Positions 60,421 to 64,000 of a stretch of DNA of 64,000 nucleotides are shown here, piece after piece. The notes below the pieces were generated by a model that made no database searches, had not been told where the DNA came from, and worked only from the letters and a program-made list of their open reading frames with translations. The first letter of the stretch is position 1. Each line of letters begins with the position of its first letter. The position numbers and the translations under genes were made by a program. The stretch covers positions 72,430 to 136,429 of the forward strand of contig CAYMED010000002.1 in NCBI GenBank assembly GCA_964389655.1. Reading direction: 5' to 3'. The stretch is from an uncultured Candidatus Poseidoniales archaeon (lineage in GTDB: Archaea; Thermoplasmatota; Poseidoniia; Poseidoniales; CAYMED01).

Positions 60421-60466
60421 TTATGGGTGGCAGCCGGAGTTCAAGAACGCGCCGGAGAAATGGGCA

Positions 60467-61624
60467 TCACTCAAATTTGTGAATTCCGCTGCTGCCTGAG
60501 CGCCCCATTCGTTCTCGTGCGATGTTGAGAACTTCGCCCAATCGATTTGCAGAAAGGGATACATCACGCGCTGCATTGCCGCCAACACCCGTCATGATGG
60601 CCATGATTTTGATGGTATTTCCGAAATCAGGGTCTTGACGTGCACCAAAGATTACATTTGCATCTTCGCTGATTTTCTCCGTCATCAATTCAACCACCAT
60701 GCTCGCTTCTTCAAGAGTCATGTAGGGGCCTCCAGTAACGTGGATCAATGCGCCCGTGGCTCCTTCAATGTCAATATCCAATAAGGGGTGGTGCAGGGCT
60801 TCTGCCACGACTTCAGAAGGTCCTTGGTCCGATTCCCCATACATCATCATGGTAACTCCACCCTTTCCTAAAATCGTGCGTACATCTGCAAAATCAAGAT
60901 TGATCAGACTTGGAAGTGTAATGGTCTCTGTGATGCCTTTGACAATCTCGGCGATCAGTTGATCGAGGATGCTGAAAGCCTCTTCAAGTGGAAGATTTGG
61001 GACATATGTCAGCAGCCGGTTGTTGTCTAGGACGAGCGTTGCATCGGTGACTTTTCGAAGCGTGGTGAGGCCCTCGAGAGCCCGAGTCATGCGTTGTCGC
61101 TTTTCCACATGGAATGGGGTCGTAACGATTGCGACCACAAGCGCACCGGCAGCCTTGGCTTCTTCTGCGACCACAGGGGCAATTCCGGTTCCAGATCCTC
61201 CTCCGAGGCCCGTGCAGATGAACACCAGTGATGACCCCGATACAATTCTTCGAACCACACTGCGTCCCGCTTCCGCACAGCGTCGGCCAATGGAGGGATC
61301 ACCCCCTGCCCCAAGCCCTCTTGTGATATGCTTGCCAACAAGCAGTTTTTGTTGTGCATCCGCATGATCGAGTTGTTGCTTATCGGTGTTGACGGCAACA
61401 GTAACGGCGCCTTCAACCCCGAGATGGCTGATGCGTTGCATGGTGTTGTTTCCAGATCCCCCACAACCAACAATGAGTATCCGTGGGTCTGGGACGCCAA
61501 ATCGGGTTAATTCATCATTTAGAAGTGCAGTTGGCATGGCTCCAATATCTTTGCGAACTTCATTGATGATGGAATTTTCATCGCCCATCGAGGGGACATG
61601 ATCCATCTCGTCGCGAATTGGCAT
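60467..61624 (-). CDS. ftsZ: Cell division GTPase FtsZ (probably the FtsZ2 type)
   Basis: [31 protein letters not shown] and INLDFAD; GGTGA SD. Confidence 0.96.
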   Translation of the reverse strand: MPIRDEMDHVPSMGDENSIINEVRKDIGAMPTALLNDELTRFGVPDPRILIVGCGGSGNNTMQRISHLGVEGAVTVAVNTDKQQLDHADAQQKLLVGKHITRGLGAGGDPSIGRRCAEAGRSVVRRIVSGSSLVFICTGLGGGSGTGIAPVVAEEAKAAGALVVAIVTTPFHVEKRQRMTRALEGLTTLRKVTDATLVLDNNRLLTYVPNLPLEEAFSILDQLIAEIVKGITETITLPSLINLDFADVRTILGKGGVTMMMYGESDQGPSEVVAEALHHPLLDIDIEGATGALIHVTGGPYMTLEEASMVVELMTEKISEDANVIFGARQDPDFGNTIKIMAIMTGVGGNAARDVSLSANRLGEVLNIARERMGRSGSSGIHKFE

Positions 61625-61793
61625 GACGCATCACCCAAAGTTGACGGAGCGATGATCTAGAGGCTATAACCGTTCATCCTGAATACGCACGCGAGGACTA
61701 CGATTTCGCCTTATTTTTGATCGTCCGGATGGACGATTTCGGCGGGTGGAATACGTCGCAAGCGTGAAGAGCAAGTCGCCAATCGACGAGTCA

Positions 61794-61905
61794 CCGCGCT
61801 TAGCTCAGTTGGTAGAGCACCTGACTGTAGACTGGAACGCATAACACGGCACGTGTAAAGGCGGCCATCAGGGGGTCCCCGGTTCAAGTCCGGGAGCGCG
61901 GACCA
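61794..61905 (+). tRNA. tRNA-Tyr(GTA) with 36-nt intron and encoded CCA
   Basis: Acceptor CCGCGCT/AGCGCGG plus A-CCA (archaeal C1:G72, A73); D arm GCTC/GAGC; anticodon stem CCTGA/TCAGG with GTA at 61827-61829; T arm CCCGG-TTCAAGT-CCGGG. Confidence 0.95.
61831..61866 (+). other. Canonical 37/38 tRNA intron with relaxed bulge-helix-bulge motif
   Basis: C32-U35 (CTGT) pairs with intron GCGG (two G:U pairs); 3-nt bulges AGA and CCA; inner hairpin ACACG/CGTGT. Confidence 0.85.
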
Positions 61906-61915
61906 CTATTTTATC

Positions 61916-61945
61916 ATCAACAAAGTAAGAGCCTTGCTTGTTGAT
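61916..61945 (+). terminator. Hairpin plus T-rich tract downstream of the tRNA (putative terminator or processing signal)
   Basis: ATCAACAA(A)GTAAG-agc-CTTGCTTGTTGAT forms about 13 bp with one bulge, followed by TTGTCTTG. Confidence 0.4.
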
Positions 61946-62225
61946 TTGTCTTGTGAAGCGCTCAGAGACATGAATCTCGGTCGTAATCAGCGAGCCAAAC
62001 GATTGCTTAGCGATACGAATGGCCCACTCAAAGCCCAATCAAACAAAAAATCCATTCATATGGGTATTCAGATAGGCCCTTGTGTATACTGCTCTTCGGG
62101 CCTATCTCTTCGATTATCAACAGAAATGTCAATGTTTTGTATGATAAAGGTGGTGCCCATTCCAGACACACCCATTGTAGATGTATTGTTCCCTGATCCT
62201 GTAATCTGTGCACACTTATCTGTGC

Positions 62226-62630
62226 CTAACGCATAACAACCAGAACCACTAGGCATACTAGCAGGACGGGATATATTGCTAGCGATGTAGCTGCGCCAAG
62301 CCACAATGACCTCCGCATTTTGATAAATCCGTAAATTCCGATTCCAATAGCTACTATCGGCCAAAGCAATATGGAAATCACCGCCCAAGCGATGAAATCC
62401 CAGGCATCACCTACGGCAACAAACGAAACGAACAGGCCCAAGCATGTAGTTAGAAAGGGAACAAGTGAACCAATCCAAAAATCCCACTGCCTGAATAATT
62501 CCTCATGGGCATGGGTGCTTTCACGATTCCATTCGAATTCCTCTTCGCAAAATGGGCATTCAAACAATCCAAAATCATCGTCATCTAACTCAATGCCTTC
62601 ATCACAATGAGGGCATTCAATTTCTACCAT
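62226..62630 (-). CDS. Small membrane protein with N-terminal Zn ribbon and 3 TMs
   Basis: CPHC...CPFC followed by three hydrophobic helices. Confidence 0.75.
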   Translation of the reverse strand: MVEIECPHCDEGIELDDDDFGLFECPFCEEEFEWNRESTHAHEELFRQWDFWIGSLVPFLTTCLGLFVSFVAVGDAWDFIAWAVISILLWPIVAIGIGIYGFIKMRRSLWLGAATSLAIYPVLLVCLVVLVVMR

Positions 62631-62779
62631 ATTCGCTTCTACTTATTGCTAAGGAATAAAGTTTGAGCCGCTTTTTGATACAAAGGGGGCCCCCATACAA
62701 TGCCTGCATTAAAGTGGGTACCCTTTGAAACGACGGGTGTCGCATGGGTAGTGTTGTTTCGAAGACACAAGGCGGTTGC

Positions 62780-63151
62780 ATGGAATTATCTGAACAACAG
62801 GAAATTTGGGGCCAGGCGGGAATTGATAATTTCAATTCAGGTCGTTTTTGGCATGCACATGAAGATTGGGAAGATCTTTGGAAATCTCTCAAGGGTTTTG
62901 CGACCCAGGAAATTATTGATGGCGTACAGGGACTGATTCAAATTGCAGCCATGTTGCTAAATCATCAGCGGAAAAAGAAACGTGGAGTTGTTGGTCTGTG
63001 GGCCAAATCAAGTGTGAAACTAAAGCCTGTCATGGACGGCTTATTTGGGATTGATGTCGCCAGTCTATATGCTGATTCTGAACCATTCCACCTAGATGTT
63101 GATGTGTTCAATTTGGATGCATTGGATGTCCAAATCAAACGGCAGGATTGA
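62780..63151 (+). CDS. DUF309 domain protein
   Basis: FNSGRFWHAHEDWEDLW ... QGLIQIAA. Confidence 0.85.
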   Translation: MELSEQQEIWGQAGIDNFNSGRFWHAHEDWEDLWKSLKGFATQEIIDGVQGLIQIAAMLLNHQRKKKRGVVGLWAKSSVKLKPVMDGLFGIDVASLYADSEPFHLDVDVFNLDALDVQIKRQD

Positions 63152-63193
63152 GAGGGGAGAGGATGATAAAACATTACCTTCTCCCTAGATCTC

Positions 63194-64000
63194 ATGAGTA
63201 CCAAATATCGTTGCTTACTGGCTGCTTTGGTCCTAATTTCCTCAATTATCACATCAGCAACAGCACAAGTTAGCCCATCACCTGATGTAAGTCTTTTATG
63301 TGATTCATCTTCACTCGCAATAGATTCTCGAAATAATTCTTGGGTCCAGAACTCATGCTCTTTGTATAATCCAACTGGCTATGCTGAGACCGTAAGGATC
63401 GAGAACAATGGAAATCAAAGTGGGTTGTCAGTTGATGCTCCAGAGAGCATCGTTGTTGGGTCTGGGGCTACAAAACAGTTTACTGTTACAATCACAGTAT
63501 CAGCACAAATTCAGACTGCTCATTCCTTCACATGGTATATTGAAACTACAGCCTATGTAGACCAATTTAATGGCGTGCAGAATCCAAACCCCCAAGCAAG
63601 AGTTGTTACTACAGCAGTTAGTATGATGGGTTCTGATTCATGTGATGAGGGTGCTAAGAAGGTCAAAGATCTTGGTACTTGGATTGACGAAGGTACTGGA
63701 CCGGGATACTTTGTCACGGCTGGCAATTCACTTTATTTCACAGGCTATGATGATGGGATGGCAGGGTATTTGTGGAAAAGTAATGGAACTGCTGAAGGCA
63801 CGACAATGCTGAAAGACATCATGTCAAGGTATTCAGGTGCCGTAGCAAACACATTATATTTCAGTGCACAAAAGACAATATCCTCAAATTTCGAATTATG
63901 GAAAACTGATGGGACGTCCGAGGGGACTGTGATTGTCGAAGAACTGGATTCCCCATACACTATTTCTGATCTTGTGGCTTTGGGCTCAGAATTATATTTC
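63194..64000 (+). CDS. Secreted protein with N-terminal Ig-like (choice-of-anchor T-like) domain and ELWxxDGT repeats (3' partial)
   Basis: Manual translation from ATG 63194 gives signal KYRCLLAALVLISSIITSATA, CSLYNPTGYAETVRI, YLWKSNGT and ELWKTDGT; the frame is open to the window end. Confidence 0.82.
   Translation, partial: MSTKYRCLLAALVLISSIITSATAQVSPSPDVSLLCDSSSLAIDSRNNSWVQNSCSLYNPTGYAETVRIENNGNQSGLSVDAPESIVVGSGATKQFTVTITVSAQIQTAHSFTWYIETTAYVDQFNGVQNPNPQARVVTTAVSMMGSDSCDEGAKKVKDLGTWIDEGTGPGYFVTAGNSLYFTGYDDGMAGYLWKSNGTAEGTTMLKDIMSRYSGAVANTLYFSAQKTISSNFELWKTDGTSEGTVIVEELDSPYTISDLVALGSELYF

Noticed and set aside
61190-61212. FtsZ signature GGGSGTG instead of GGGTGTG
   Set aside because: This is a conservative variant, and the other GTPase motifs, including the T7 loop, are intact.
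61880-64000. Integrated element at the tRNA-Tyr 3' end
   Set aside because: No integrase or duplicated tRNA 3' end was seen in the window; this cannot be excluded beyond 64000.

Overview
This is an archaeal chromosomal segment whose gene content and protein architectures point to Marine Group II Euryarchaeota (Ca. Poseidoniales); that assignment is an inference. Supporting features are an intron-containing tRNA-Tyr with C1:G72, the aIF1A-Rio1-Dim2 cluster, GGTGA-type Shine-Dalgarno (SD) sites, PGF-CTERM anchors and many giant secreted proteins. Layout: (1) 1-24.7 kb is a surface-protein/protease region (beta-propeller/TSP3 protein, Cys-less flavoprotein, RNase Z, PKD protein, 1431-aa beta-rich unknown, S8 protease, ELWxxDGT-like adhesin, NEW3/PGF-CTERM protein). 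(2) 24.8-36.6 kb is a complete complex I-like operon without NuoEFG (A B C D H I J1 J2 K L M N) carrying several lineage-specific insertions. (3) 36.7-49.3 kb holds aIF1A, rio1, dim2, sufE, a divergent CARDB pair, an NSS transporter, an M14 carboxypeptidase, uppS and a Nudix hydrolase. (4) 49.4-58.1 kb holds selO, a PGF-CTERM protein with an apparently identical 626-bp internal duplication, DUF354, ridA and rmlA-rmlB-gtrA. (5) 58.1-64 kb holds metF, a rhodanese, ftsZ, tRNA-Tyr, DUF309 and a partial ELWxxDGT protein. No integrase, transposase, reverse transcriptase, CRISPR array or rRNA was seen. The best leads are a Tudor/SH3-like domain inserted between the two Fe-S motifs of NuoI (a possible built-in donor-docking module), a metF whose conserved N-terminus appears to start at ATC behind an occluded SD, a disulfide-reductase homolog lacking both catalytic Cys, and the mosaic identical/diverged duplication.
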